DNA from: Lytechinus pictus
Lineage: Eukaryota
DNA: 64,000 nt
Assembly (NCBI RefSeq): GCF_037042905.1
Contig: NC_087250.1
Location: forward strand, 8,000,001-8,064,000
Direction of reading: 5' to 3'
The translations under genes and the position numbers were made by a program. Positions 12,567-25,300 of this stretch are shown here, one piece after another (the stretch's first letter is position 1; every line of letters begins with the position of its first letter). A model generated the notes under the pieces. It was not told the DNA's origin and did no database searches. It worked only from the letters and a program-made list of their open reading frames with translations.

Positions 12567-14329
12567 TTTGGTGTGCAGTGAGTGAAGCCTCTACCACAAA
12601 ACTCTGATCATTGTTGCCGCTAATGCCAATCATGTGATTAGTCACATGACGATAATATTTCAGTGATAAATTCTTGATGGGGTGTTTCCATAGCATATTA
12701 ACACCTAGACAGGAATAACCGTCGTTTCTGGGGATTTATTCAACAATTTCTGACATTTTACTGTAATCCCCATTTACCGACGGTAGGGTGTACGTGTGGG
12801 CTCGCATGTGTTCTCATTCCCTCCCTTTTGTCAATTCACAGTCCAAAGTTTGATGTAATTTTACACATCGAATTTACAATCTAAGGATGTATAACCAACA
12901 AACTTTTAAAAATTGATATTTAATTATCAAAATACTTTAAACGATATAGATGAAAAAGGCATGAAAAATATACTTTACCGATGTTTAATTGGGTTGAACA
13001 CGATAAAAATGGTCAAAATGGCAGCCAAACTATAAAATATTACAAACGAACGTCAACAATCACGAATGTGATATCGATATTGCTTTCGATATTATACGAT
13101 CTGCTCCATATGCGAACGAAACCGAAGATAAACGATACTAGTTATACTAGTACTAGTACTAGTTATAATCGTGATATATCGATTCGAGACATTAAGTTAA
13201 TAACGATAATGACGTCATTCAAGATGGCAACTTGCAAGAAAAACCGTCAGGTCAGGTGAAAATGTCTTAGATGACAGATTTCTCAATCATCCAGAGGATT
13301 TTTTTCAATAACTCCGGCCCAAGGTATGCAATTACTTAAGTTATTTACATTTCCCTGATAATGGAAACCATGAAACTTTCAATTTTGCTTAAAAAACAGT
13401 TTAAAATCTCGATCTATAAAACGCTAGTTCACTATACGTTGGCTGTAGGTACGGGGCCCCATCCCCTTCAGTCTATGTATGGTGAGTGGAGCCAATGTAG
13501 TTCAGCGGAACAACCAAAATACAGAGACTGAAGCTTTTGGTCTAATTAACACCTAGTCCGATGGGTTGCGCACTTTCCTTGAAAATGAAGGTTGTTTTAG
13601 AGTACCCCATTCATGACTTAAAATTAATTAATCTCTATGCAACTGTATTTTATCAATCACTATATTTCTGTTATTGCATATTTTAGTGAAAATCCTAAAT
13701 TACTGAAGAGAGTACTGAAAGCTTGAAGTGTGCAACTCCCCTCCAACCGTTGTGCTTTGTTTTGTGTATTCATATGATGTCCTGCATTATCATATCTTTT
13801 AAAGAATTATGAAAAAAAAAATATTTTTTTGGCAATTCTGATTCCAGAGCCTTTTTTTACCAGTGGTGCATTTTTATGAAATGCAATCGCGGGTGGAGCT
13901 CTATCTGCCAAATGTCAGTGTTAGCACCACCCGTTTTCCACAGTGCAGAGGGCCCGGGGGTAATAATACTCGGTGCTTACATGTAGTAACATTTGTATTA
14001 CATGCAACATGTATATAGATGTTATTATATTATTATTTTTTCAACATATTTCACTTTTAAAATGATTTCATATTGCAAGCCATTGCTACTGTGGAATAGC
14101 AGAATTAATGACCGATGTATTTTTATTTGTAGTACGTTGAGTATAGGTGCTAGGGAGATGCGTGATAGGTGCTTTTGGATTCAAATACGCCATTTCGGAG
14201 ATATAATGTGAGCCTGAGTATATAAAGGCCGTTTGTCCAAAACAAAAAAACAAATTAAACCCAATGACATGACACTCTGAAGCTCGATGGCCACTTCATG
14301 ATCGATGGAACGGAAATTTGTATTAAATC

Positions 14330-14595
14330 ATATTAAAGAAGTAAATTTAAAGAAGTAAATTAAAGAAGTTTTTACCAGTGGTGCATTTTTTATGAGCTGC
14401 AATCACGGGTGGTGCTCTATCTGCCAAATCTCAGTGTTAGCACTGAAGTAAATTAAAGAAGTAAATTTAAAGAAGTGAGTTAAAGAAGTAAATTTAAAGA
14501 AGTAAATTAAAGAAGTAAATACTGAAGTAAAACTGTTAGCACTGAAGTAAATTAAAGAAGTAAATTTAAAGAAGTGAATTAAAGAAGTAAATTTA
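14330..14595. repeat. AAGAAGTAAATT-type short tandem repeat
   Basis: Repeated aaagaagtaaatt units. Confidence 0.85.
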
Positions 14596-15550
14596 TTTTG
14601 TTTGAAGTTCAGCATGATGCAAGGAATACTCAAATCAAAATTCTGCTTTGCTGCAAGCCTTGTGACCGTACTTGAGTCCAAATCTGCTTCCAGTTATCGG
14701 TAGTCGCAGTTGATGATGACGTCATTACAATTTGGAATTGAATTTGCATTTTATTCCTACAAGGAGGCTCAAAATAGACTGGAATTTTGATTTAATTTTT
14801 CATAACACGATTCGTAAAATACAATGTATAAAACTCATTAAAGGTAAAAGAAAGTAGTTGCAGCAAACATTATTCTATGATAAAGTTTGAAAATCAAGGT
14901 TAATTGTCACCATATTATCATATATCTAGATCTGGTACATTGATGTACAGTTATCTTTGTAATATCATGAATCTTAGCTCAAAACCGATAATTCTGATAT
15001 CTCGGCAATTACACATTTTCTTCCTGAGCCTTTTAGCATATATTTTTTATTCATACAAGTATACAAACACTTGGGTGTTAATTTGATCGGATTCTGTTCA
15101 AACTCAATTTGAGATCGTTTCCACAATTGGCATTTATCTTTAAAAACCTCAGTTTCTGTTAAGATGCCACTTGCTGCCTTATTGCGCAATCCCATTCAAG
15201 GACTTGTACACTATTTACAAAATTTGTTGTGAAATTTTTGGGATCAGGCTGACCATGTTTGTGTTTAATAAGATATTTCTTTTTCAACCCTTTGAATTAT
15301 AGTTTGTATATTAATTAATTGATTAACTTTGTAAATTTAGATAGACTTTAGGCATACACGTATATATCCATTTACACATTTTCTAATCCAGACTTTAATA
15401 CAGAAAGATGCCTAGAATAATAGAGAATCTTTTGAAAGATTACATCCGCCCCCCTCCTTTAGGCTACATGTATATTCCACCTCTCCCCCTCCCATGCAGT
15501 ATATTCTACCCCCAATCGTATATATTTTATTTTTTTACTTCTATATTTGT

Positions 15551-15782
15551 GGAGCGTTGTGGCCCAGTGGATTAGTCTTCTGACTCTATCCACATTGTGC
15601 TGCACTCAACCCAGGTGAGGTGAAATGGGTACCCGGCAGGATTAATTCCTTGAATGCACAAGCACAGAAAGGCAGCTCGAGCTAAAGCCGGGGTAATAAT
15701 AATAATAACAATGCACCTCGGAATAGATCGTTTATAGATAGATGGCGCTATACAAATGCCTGTTATTATTATCATTATTATT
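15551..15782 (+). mobile_element. tRNA-derived SINE, internally deleted, with (ATT)n tail
   Basis: tggcccagtgg A box; core tgcactcaacccaggtgaggtgaaatgggtacc shared with 25050-25305 and 44110-44838. Confidence 0.75.
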
Positions 15783-17244
15783 CTCTATTTTCTCTACCTT
15801 ACACAGCGGACACTATGGTGTGTATGATTGGTGTATAGACTAGGAAAATAATACTCTGGTGTTAATTTTGCTGTTAGTTCAACACCTACACATGTATGGG
15901 TAATATGACAACACCTTTGGGTGTTACATGTACTTTAACCCTATGTGTTCTGTTCAATAACTAGGGTGTAATTTTAACACCTCAGGTTGTAGTCTTCTAA
16001 AGGGACACCAACTGATGTCAATTTTAACACCTAGTTTTCAATATTTGGAATCATTCCATCCATGTGCAATTATATATTATTTCCTGAAATTAATCATGCA
16101 AATAATAATTTGTGATAAATGTAAATACATGTATAGTTCTTAGAGATTTTGTTCTATTTTTTCAATCATATAAAATTGATTTCATGCAGCCTTATTCCAC
16201 CTACAGACTAGTGTTTAGATGTTTTATATAGGGACAGTAATTTTCCATTTAATAAAAAAAAAAGGTAATTTCCGTTTCTGAAACCTTGTAATTCCATTGC
16301 GAACTTGATCAAAAATGGAAAAAATCTGTTTTGTCATAGAAAATTTACACGGTAAAAACATGAATTCTGTCTGTTTTGCAAAAAAGGTAAATTCAATGAA
16401 TTTTCACATCAAAATAAAGAACCAAACAGATTTTCCATTTTGATTTACCGGTATAAAATGGAAAATCACTGTTCCTTGATGTACATACATGTAGAAGATA
16501 CATTGTAGAAGTTTTGTTTATTGTATGCATTCATGTAAGCTATATGATTGTTTTATTTTTACTCTAATACTATCATGGTAATACTATTGACTGGCATCGA
16601 GTGCTATATCATATTATATTGCATTCAGCGGGGGCATTAGAGGTGTATAGTACATGTTAGTGGTCCTTATTTTTTTAATATCACCTTTATTAAAAACAAA
16701 ACAAAGGAAAGTTACAAACAATGACAATAAGTCCAGGTTACTCATTTTTTTTAGGACGATGTACGGACTAATAGGTATACACTAATAGGACTAATAGGTA
16801 GGCACAACATATATATTAATTGCAAATATCAAACTCGCACCGGATGTATGGGACTTTGACTGCGATGGGGCTATGACTACTATTCACAAATTTTCAGTCC
16901 CTGCAATAAAGCCAATGATGCAAAAAATTAAAAAATACTATCGCTTTTGCAGTTTGGGATATAACCGGTCTTAAATTGAATTTCTTACAATGACATGGTT
17001 ATATCTACATATTTCGAGCAATTGAGTCTTGAAACTTGTTTTTTAATGCTCTCCAGGGAGTGGAGAAGGTGCATACATTGTGTGCGGGCATGCAAGGATC
17101 CGATGACCGGGGTAATATACATGTATCTGTGAACAGAGATGTCATTCCAAAGTATTAAGTGCTATGTAAAAGCCAAGTACCATGGGAATTGAGGCACAAG
17201 AAAACAATTTCTACAGTGTTAACGCTATGATATACATGTAGTGT

Positions 17245-17690
17245 ATGGTCAGTTCCCCCAAGTCTGCGCACCCGCGTATCTGCGCGATTCTAGTAAAAGA
17301 AGATACGCAACGAGCACGAACTTTACACATGCAATACATAGACAGGTATTCATAAAAAAATCCGACTCAAAATGGTGGAAAAATAATGAATTCAGGGCAT
17401 TTCATGTGACGGCCTCAAAATGCAGCCTTTGTCATCAAAATCCCCGAATCGTGTGCAAAGTGAATGAGTGCTAGGACATGGGGTACCATTTTTTTTTCAA
17501 TCTGAAAATGACTGCCCAAAGGATTTTTCAAGAAAATCTTATATTTTCTTTCATTTTTTAATGAGAATTTTGGTACACTTACTCTTGATAATATAAGGAA
17601 CACTATTAACCAAAAGATTTTGTGAAATAAGAAGGAATTCAGGTTAAATCTTAACTCAAATTGTTAGGTGCGCAGACTTGGGGCCCACCA
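17245..17690. mobile_element. MITE
   Basis: TIR ccccaagtctgcgcacc / ggtgcgcagacttgggg. Confidence 0.7.
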
Positions 17691-17982
17691 TCATACTACA
17701 TGTATCTATAGCGTTCCTAAATTGCCTTATTTATGAGAGAAAATGTAGCCTTAGTACTGCTTACAAAAATTGGTTGAAATCGATAAGCATACAGGACAGG
17801 CAACAGGACTTCCACTGCAAGATTTGTTCCATTTTCCATGGATAGCATGACCAAGTTCTTAGAAAGGACTTCAAAAATGACAATTGTAATATTACTGTAA
17901 TGTACTGTTGGAGTGTAGAACATGGGGTTAAAGGAAACCAAAACCTAAGAAGAGAAGCAATCTTGTTGGAAAGAGTAAAATG

Positions 17983-18152
17983 AGAGGAACAATTTAAAAC
18001 AAGTTTCATCAAAAATCGGTTGTGAAATAAGCAAGTTATGGACGTCTAAAAAGTTTGTGAATCCCCATAGAAAATTACAAGACTTTTTAAATGTCCACAA
18101 CTTGCCTATTTCATAACCGATTTTGATGAAACTTGTTTTAAATTGTTCCTCT
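17983..18152. repeat. Foldback inverted repeat, about 75-bp arms
   Basis: gaggaacaatttaaaacaagtttcatcaaaa ... ttttgatgaaacttgtttttaaattgttcctc. Confidence 0.85.
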
Positions 18153-18799
18153 TGTTTAAGTTGGACTAAAAAAACAGAAAAGTCATGCATAAGGGTCAAT
18201 GCACAAATGATATTTCACATGTAATCTCATAAATAACTGTAGTAGAGCGTGTCTTATCAGCATGATGTATTGGGTGTTGCAAGAAATAAGGGGATAAGGG
18301 TTCAAAGTCATAAATCAGACGAAGCAGTTGTTTTTGCGGTTCTATTGGGTATGAGGCCAATCTTTATTTCATCATGTTCAAATCGAATAAAAGAGGGTAG
18401 AAGACCCTTGACTGAGGTCACTTCAGTTGATATTAAGGTGTCCAAAATCAACTATATACATCAAGAATATCAGGATGAGACATCGATTACCGCTTCATGT
18501 AGGCACATGCAGCTACAGCCAGTCTCATCTGCTCACTGCATGTATGAGCTTTTTCCTGCATGCAGTGAGTGTATGTCCACTGGAGCATATCGCTCCTCTT
18601 TAGCTACATTCCTTTTGTACCTGACTAAAAATTTGCATTATAAAGAAACGGTTATTTCTCATCCCCTCACATAGGGTTACATGTAAGTCGGGACTAAAAA
18701 GACTTCAAAAAAGTCATGCATTGTCAATGCACAAATTATATTTCACATGTAATCTCATAAATAACTGTACTAGAGCGCGTCTTATCAGCATGATGTATT

Positions 18800-19017
18800 G
18801 GGGTGTTGCAGGAAACTTGCGATCCATTGCAAGTCTGTTTTCGGTCTCTAAATCAATTGTATGTCTTGCAATAAATTGTAATATGTGATCGATTGCTGAA
18901 TTGATTCTTGCGACAAGGAGCGTTATCTGATTTGCTACAGATAAAATTGATCCATTGATTGTAAAATTACAACAGGATATTTGCAATCGATTGCAAATAT
19001 TTTCTTGCAGCACCCCC
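18800..19017. mobile_element. MITE, ggggtgttgcaag family
   Basis: TIR ggggtgttgcagga / tcttgcagcacccc; relatives at 19934-20712 and 36323-36805. Confidence 0.75.
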
Positions 19018-19933
19018 ATAGTCACGGTGATTTTCCGTTTCAAACTTTATCTAAGTTCGAAATTCTTGTTGTTTTTTAAAAGAAAATGTACACACCCAAA
19101 ACATGAATTGCGTTTTGCAAAGGTAAAGTCAGTGAATTCTCACATGAGAAGGAAAGAAAACTGACCTTTCATTTTAATTGGCAAATGGCAAACTTTTCCC
19201 TAAATATACCACATGCAACTTGGAATATAGTGCAATTTTACAGTCAGACTTAAACTTTTTTGCACTTATTGGTTGTCTTTAAGCTCCTTTTCAATATAAC
19301 TATCTCTGTAGTGTACATGTATACATTTTGTAGTTCTGAGTTGTTAACTTACTAATTATATTGACCAATCTTTTATATGATACTGTAGATGTGTTGCCCT
19401 AATGTAGTTCCATATAATTTCCTGATTATTTCTGTGAAATATCTCCTTACAATTGATATATAATATATTCCATGAAAATTATTAGTATTAGTAAAGACTA
19501 TGATGCAATGAATGTGAGAGCTATGTTGAATTTTGTAAAAAATATTAGAAATATTCTGTTATTCTTGTAACTTTTATTTTTTGAAATTTGCTATAGTTTT
19601 ATTTGTTTACATTTTTATTTTTAGAATGGAGGGGACATATGCTGCTGAATTTAGGGGAAAAGCTGATTTTATCCGGGGGTTGTCTATTCTATATACTTCT
19701 CTTTAAAATGGCAGAAACACAGGAAGCCGACACAACTTTTAAATACAGTTATGTTTTTAACAATATATGAAACATTTATTCTGCAACAAACAACTAATTG
19801 TAATGCGAAAATGGAAATTGTGTTTTAGGTCGATCATGGCATTCATTCATATTGTACGAGGCTTTCGCTGATTCGGCGAGATTCAAGAAACACGGCATAC
19901 ATGTACTGTATATGAATCATTTGTATTTGTAAA

Positions 19934-20712
19934 GGGGCTTTGCAAGACAATTTTGATCAATTGCAAATCTTTTGGTGGTCTCCAAGTCATTTATACAATT
20001 TATGTCTGTCAAGTCGCTGGATTCACAATACAGTGCGCCCCCTATCGGTTGCGGTGGACGCGCCAAGTTCTAACTTTAGGGTCGGCATTACAGGCAGCAA
20101 ACGCTTTAAATTTCGCAAAGAAGTATGCAGCAAATTTCTCTTCCTGGACCCTGGTCGACAGCATATGCAAGCCGTCCGAGTCGCATGCATGCAGCGCGCA
20201 CCACAGAGATTAATTTCAATGTCTACAGTTTCCCATGAGGCATGCGAATTTTGGTAAATTGCCAATTCGTCTACTGCCAACTCGTCCACTCACCACATGG
20301 TCTACTTTCATTTAGTCTAATGCCATTTTGTACAACATTTCCTCTAACAACCGTTTGGTCCAATCATCACTTCGTCTAATCACCATTACGTCTCATAACC
20401 AGTTGGTCTAATATCCAATTAATTTTCATTCATTTTGCACAATTTAACAGTTAGTCGTCCAATTAGACCAAATGATAGTAGACGAGTTGGCAACTGGACG
20501 ATTTGGAAATAAACCCAAATTTCGGCCTGTCCGCTGAATCTGATAGGTGGCGCTCCATATTGTGAATCAACCGAATTGATTGCTAATCTTCCTCTTGCAA
20601 CAAGGAATGTATTCTAATTTTCTTAAGATGAAATTGATAGAATTGATAGAATCGATTGTAAAATTGCAATAGAAATTTGCAATTGATCGCAAGTATTTTC
20701 TTGCACAACCCC
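19934..20712. mobile_element. Triple-nested MITE cluster
   Basis: Outer ggggctttgcaag...ttgcacaacccc; middle gattcacaata...tattgtgaatc (~20010-20575); inner ggtaaattgccaattcgtc...ggaaataaacc (~20253-20515). Confidence 0.7.
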
Positions 20713-20751
20713 CTTAGTCTACTTAATATTTATTACCAGACAGTACACTAA

Positions 20752-21016
20752 GGCCCCGTCTTACAAAGAGTTACGATTGATCCAATAAACCTGAAGTATA
20801 TGGAAATCCATCAATGTCATAATTTTCTCAGAAAATTTGCACAATGTCCTTTTGTAAACAAAGATAATCACTGAATTTTCAAGAAAAATATAGATTTATG
20901 AATGGGCATCATATCTAGAAAATATGTTGCACAAACATGCTTTTGAGATGACATTGCTGGCTTTCCATAGTTGTAGTTGATTGGATCAATCGCAATTCTT
21001 TGTAAGACGGGGCCCT
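20752..21016. mobile_element. MITE, ggccccgtcttacaaagagtt family
   Basis: TIRs of about 30 bp; other copies at 24106-24348, 36445-36716 and 53422-53684. Confidence 0.85.
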
Positions 21017-22312
21017 GATCAACTGGGTAAATATAACAATGTATATCATCTACGTCTGGTAAAATATGTGAACAATTTTAATCACTATAAATAAATAAAC
21101 TAAGTACATGATATAAACTTTAGCTTTCTGTAGTAATTTGCATCATTATTATTTGCGTTGTTAACACCTAATGCAACAAACAACAAAGGGCTTTGAAATT
21201 TGTGTGTTTTTATTATTTTATGAGCTACCAATCCTGAAAGACAGACTCTTACTTGAAGGTCCACAACTTAATTTTTCCCTAGAGGCCTATAGGATGCAAT
21301 GCGAGTGAGATTCATAAATTAAAGAAACATTTAACTGAGGAATAAAAAAAAAGGATCAATTGATAGAAATATAAGTTAAGCCCCAGAAAGCTGTTGTCTT
21401 ACTAAGGATTTGCAATAAGTCTTAAAGAAAATCACTGATTAAAGATAATTGGGTGGAGTTGTTTAAACACCTATTTTACAAGAAAGACTGTAAAACCCCA
21501 AGATGAATGATAAACTACAGTATATCATTGTGGATGTGGTAGTTACATAAACTGAACTTTGTGAAATCCCGAAAATCTAAGCTGGAATACAATCACACTG
21601 TAGATCACCAACACAGATGAGCACATGTGGGACAGTGTATTGAAAAATACCAGACAATAAGCCAGTTCGTAGTTCCACTCTGCGCATGATCAAAAGATTC
21701 TATGCATGATCAGAGGAAGGTCATTTGTACTAAAGTGACATGGTGGTTTAAAATCTAATGAGATAAGCACCAACTTTGATATCTTGATTATTCATATATT
21801 CTTTTGAATAGTGGCTTTCATTTACATGTACATCCACAAAAAACAACAATTCGTACACGAACGACTGGTATTTCACAGTTTGCCAAGTACATTGTGCAAC
21901 ATGCTATGATATGCATTCAAAGTAGGAATGCAACAAATACCTTCATAAAGTGTTCATTGGTGTGCTATTCTAGTCACCTGGTCCATTCAATTTCTTCATC
22001 CTGCTATGTAAGGTAAGCTTACGTAATATCTTGCTTTGAAATCTGCCTATCGTGAAAGAAATGAAAGGTCATTTTACCAAAATTGTCCATGAAGTAACTA
22101 CAAACTGGTCTATTGACCCATATCATCTGCTTATATTGCAAATCTATTGTCAAACATCACCCACAAGTACCCAAAATGACAGTATGGAAGAACTGATGAT
22201 GATGATGCATGGCGGTGAGTATGCCATTGTCTGCCAGTCTCTCCTCGGGGAAAAAAAGAAACGAGCGATTTCACGATAAAGATGCAACTTAGGGTGTCTC
22301 TCAAAGTCAATG

Positions 22313-22373
22313 TTATCTTGCTGTTTCTTCCTCTGTCAGGCTCTGCCCAAAGATGGATTTGAAAAGTTCCATC
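22313..22373 (-). CDS. AATF: AATF terminal coding exon (MELFKSIFGQSLTEEETAR*)
   Basis: ctcag|G after a pyrimidine tract; EL..S.FG motif; TAA at 22315-22313. Confidence 0.88.
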
Positions 22374-25300
22374 CTGAGGAAGAAAAAAGAAAAGAATCAA
22401 GTTTACTGGAGTCGATAGTCTCTGCATGAATACATGTACATGTACATCCTACAGAAAAAAATGATTTGAGTGAGTGAATGAATTCTGGTACATCTTACAG
22501 AAAATGAAAGAATTATGCTTATTTTAGCTAGTCGTGTGGGAATGAATACTTGCACATCCTACAGAAAAAAGTTTATTGGAGTAAATAGTCTGTGAATGTA
22601 TGTATTAACTTGTCTGGCAATACCCAACCTATATAAAGTTATAGGAAGCAACATCACTGATATGAATCAGCAAAATTAGACATCCAGGGAACTGCCTTAC
22701 ACAGACAGTTAATATGCATTCTAAATATTGGTCATGCTGGCCAAACTTTAGAAGTATAAGGTAGTCCTCAACTGGCTTAAAATTCATAATTTTTAGACAA
22801 AATCTCAAATAAAGGGACTAACAGATGGACGACCCGGGTCCCTTAACACAAAGGTTAGCGATTAATCGTACGCTTGATTTTCAGGAGTTGAGTTGTACAA
22901 TCTTATTGAGATGGGTACAAAAGAATTCAGAGATCTATCTGTACGACTCTTCAAACTTTGAAGATGTTTTCCGGAATGCAGCAATCTATAGCAACTATGC
23001 AGAGGGTATTTGTTATCTGTGAGAATGTCTTTGAACTTACTAATGACATTACATCTGTAATCAGAGTTTATTTCAATACCTAATATCTTTCCAGCCTGTT
23101 TGATACTTGTTAAATTTCATTGCATCCTTCCTCATCAGCAGACATGCCAACCGTTCCCTTTTTAGAGTATTTGTTCCTCTTTTTTGCTTTGAATACATCA
23201 ATAAATTTTTCTATGATTTGTTACCTATTAAAAAAAATTCTGATCATGGAGTATGTCACAGCGCGTGACACTAGTGCCAGTCCGACAGTCCCAGACCAGT
23301 AAAAATCACTGTCGGGCGAGTAACTTGTTGCATGAAAAGAACAAGTAAATCTCGCCTACAAGCAAATGTTGAAAAGAGTGAATTATCAAGTTTATAAGTA
23401 GAGTCATTTCACATGTTTTTTCACCGATCTCACTACAACAGGCTGGTGATTGTTATGTTGAGCCAAATTTTAAAAAATACCTTTTTTCCTTCTAAGAATA
23501 CTTTTTTTTGGTTGTAGAAGGTTGGCAGGTCTGCATTAGGGCACCAAACCAAATTACCGGTATGTAGCAAAACAGAAAAGCACTTTGTTAATTTACCTAG
23601 CCTCCTGTAACATGGTGGATGTATCCACTGGTGCCATAAAACTAACTAGCTTCTGATGGACGTCATATCTGGGAAGAAAACGAAAAAATCATTTAATAGG
23701 TAGAAGTAGATTTAGTTTAATTGTAATCTCAGGTGAAAAAAGGGGAGGGGCGATTTGTCATGCTGCTAGCTAACCCCCACTCTTTAATGATTAAAATTGG
23801 GTATATAAAAAAAAAAGAAGTGGATGACATTACAAGGACAGCACTGCAATGGACCCAAGAAGAAAGGAGAAAACGAGGTCGACCCAAGAACACCTGACGA
23901 TGGACCATAGAGGGCCAAATGTCTAACCTCTGACAGACCTGGGGATCACTGCAGAGACTGGCCCATGACAGACAGGAGTGGAGAGCTTTTGTTGCTGCCC
24001 TACATGCCAGGAGGCATAACGGGCAGGAAGTAATTAAGTAAGATACATGTACCGTAGGTCTTTTAATAGGTGCCATAAAACTATATAGCTTGTCATGAAC
24101 ATCATGGCCCTGTCTTATAAAGAGTTGCGATTGATACGATCAACCACATCTATGGAAAGCCAGTAACGTTAACATCTAAAATGAATGTTTTCGTCACACA
24201 TTCATTGCTTTCTGAAAAGGGTGCTTCTCTTTGTTTACAAAGAACATTGCAAATTTCCTGCAGGAAAAAATAGGACACTGCGCACTGATGGATTTCCATA
24301 CATTAGAGGTTGATTGGACCAATCGTAACTCTTTGTAAGACGGGGCCCATATCTAGGAAGATAAAGTCATTAAGTGATGTGACATATTTCTTATACATAT
24401 GGGCAATTCCATAGGTTGGTGGACATGAGCTCAATGTGTCTTTGTACATATAGCCCATCTGAACCATAACGTGAGTAACCACTTTATCTGCACCCCAAGT
24501 AAAAACCATGTGTTCTTTATTTTTTTAATTATATACAAATTTGTCTCCCTAATATACTTCTTTGAAATGGATATAATCAACTTTCATAAAAGCCTTGCAT
24601 GAGGACACTTTTCACTTAAGTCCACTTTTCATTTTATGCATGTCCAAATCATGTAACATGAGTAACCGACATATTTCAAAGATTTGCCAGGAGCATAATG
24701 AAATTTCCCAAGTTTTGTTTTTATACAAAGGATATTCAGACTGCGTACTATGTTGTGATAAAGAGATGTTTAGTTTCTATCAATAATAATGGAGTTACAG
24801 CTCCAAGTATGAGTCAAGGTGTCTCCAAATGTAACGTGAGTAACCGTGGAATAGCCCATATGTACATTGTAACCTGTGGGGGGATCATTCTGCCACCCTC
24901 ATTTCACAAAACACCCCAAGGATGGGAGACAGAGCCACAACACACTCCTGAATGGTTTAATTACCTGACTTTTCTTCCTTTGCTCGCCTTGGTATCGACC
25001 TGTCTCTTAACCTTCGTTCTAAGCTTCTGCACTTGTAACCATTGTCTGTAAAATAATAATAATAATACAGCTTTTATGAGGCACCGATTCAATGGCGCAC
25101 TATATATTACCCCAGCTTTAGCTCCGGCTGCTAAAGGCGCTTCGTGCATTCAAGGAGTTAATCCTGCCGGGTACCCATTCACCTCACCTGGGTTGAGTGC
25201 AGCATAGTGTGGATAAATTTCTTGCTGAAGGAAATTAGGCCCCGGCTTTGATTCGAACCCATGTCCCTCTTATTGAAAGACGAGTCTAACCACTAGACCA

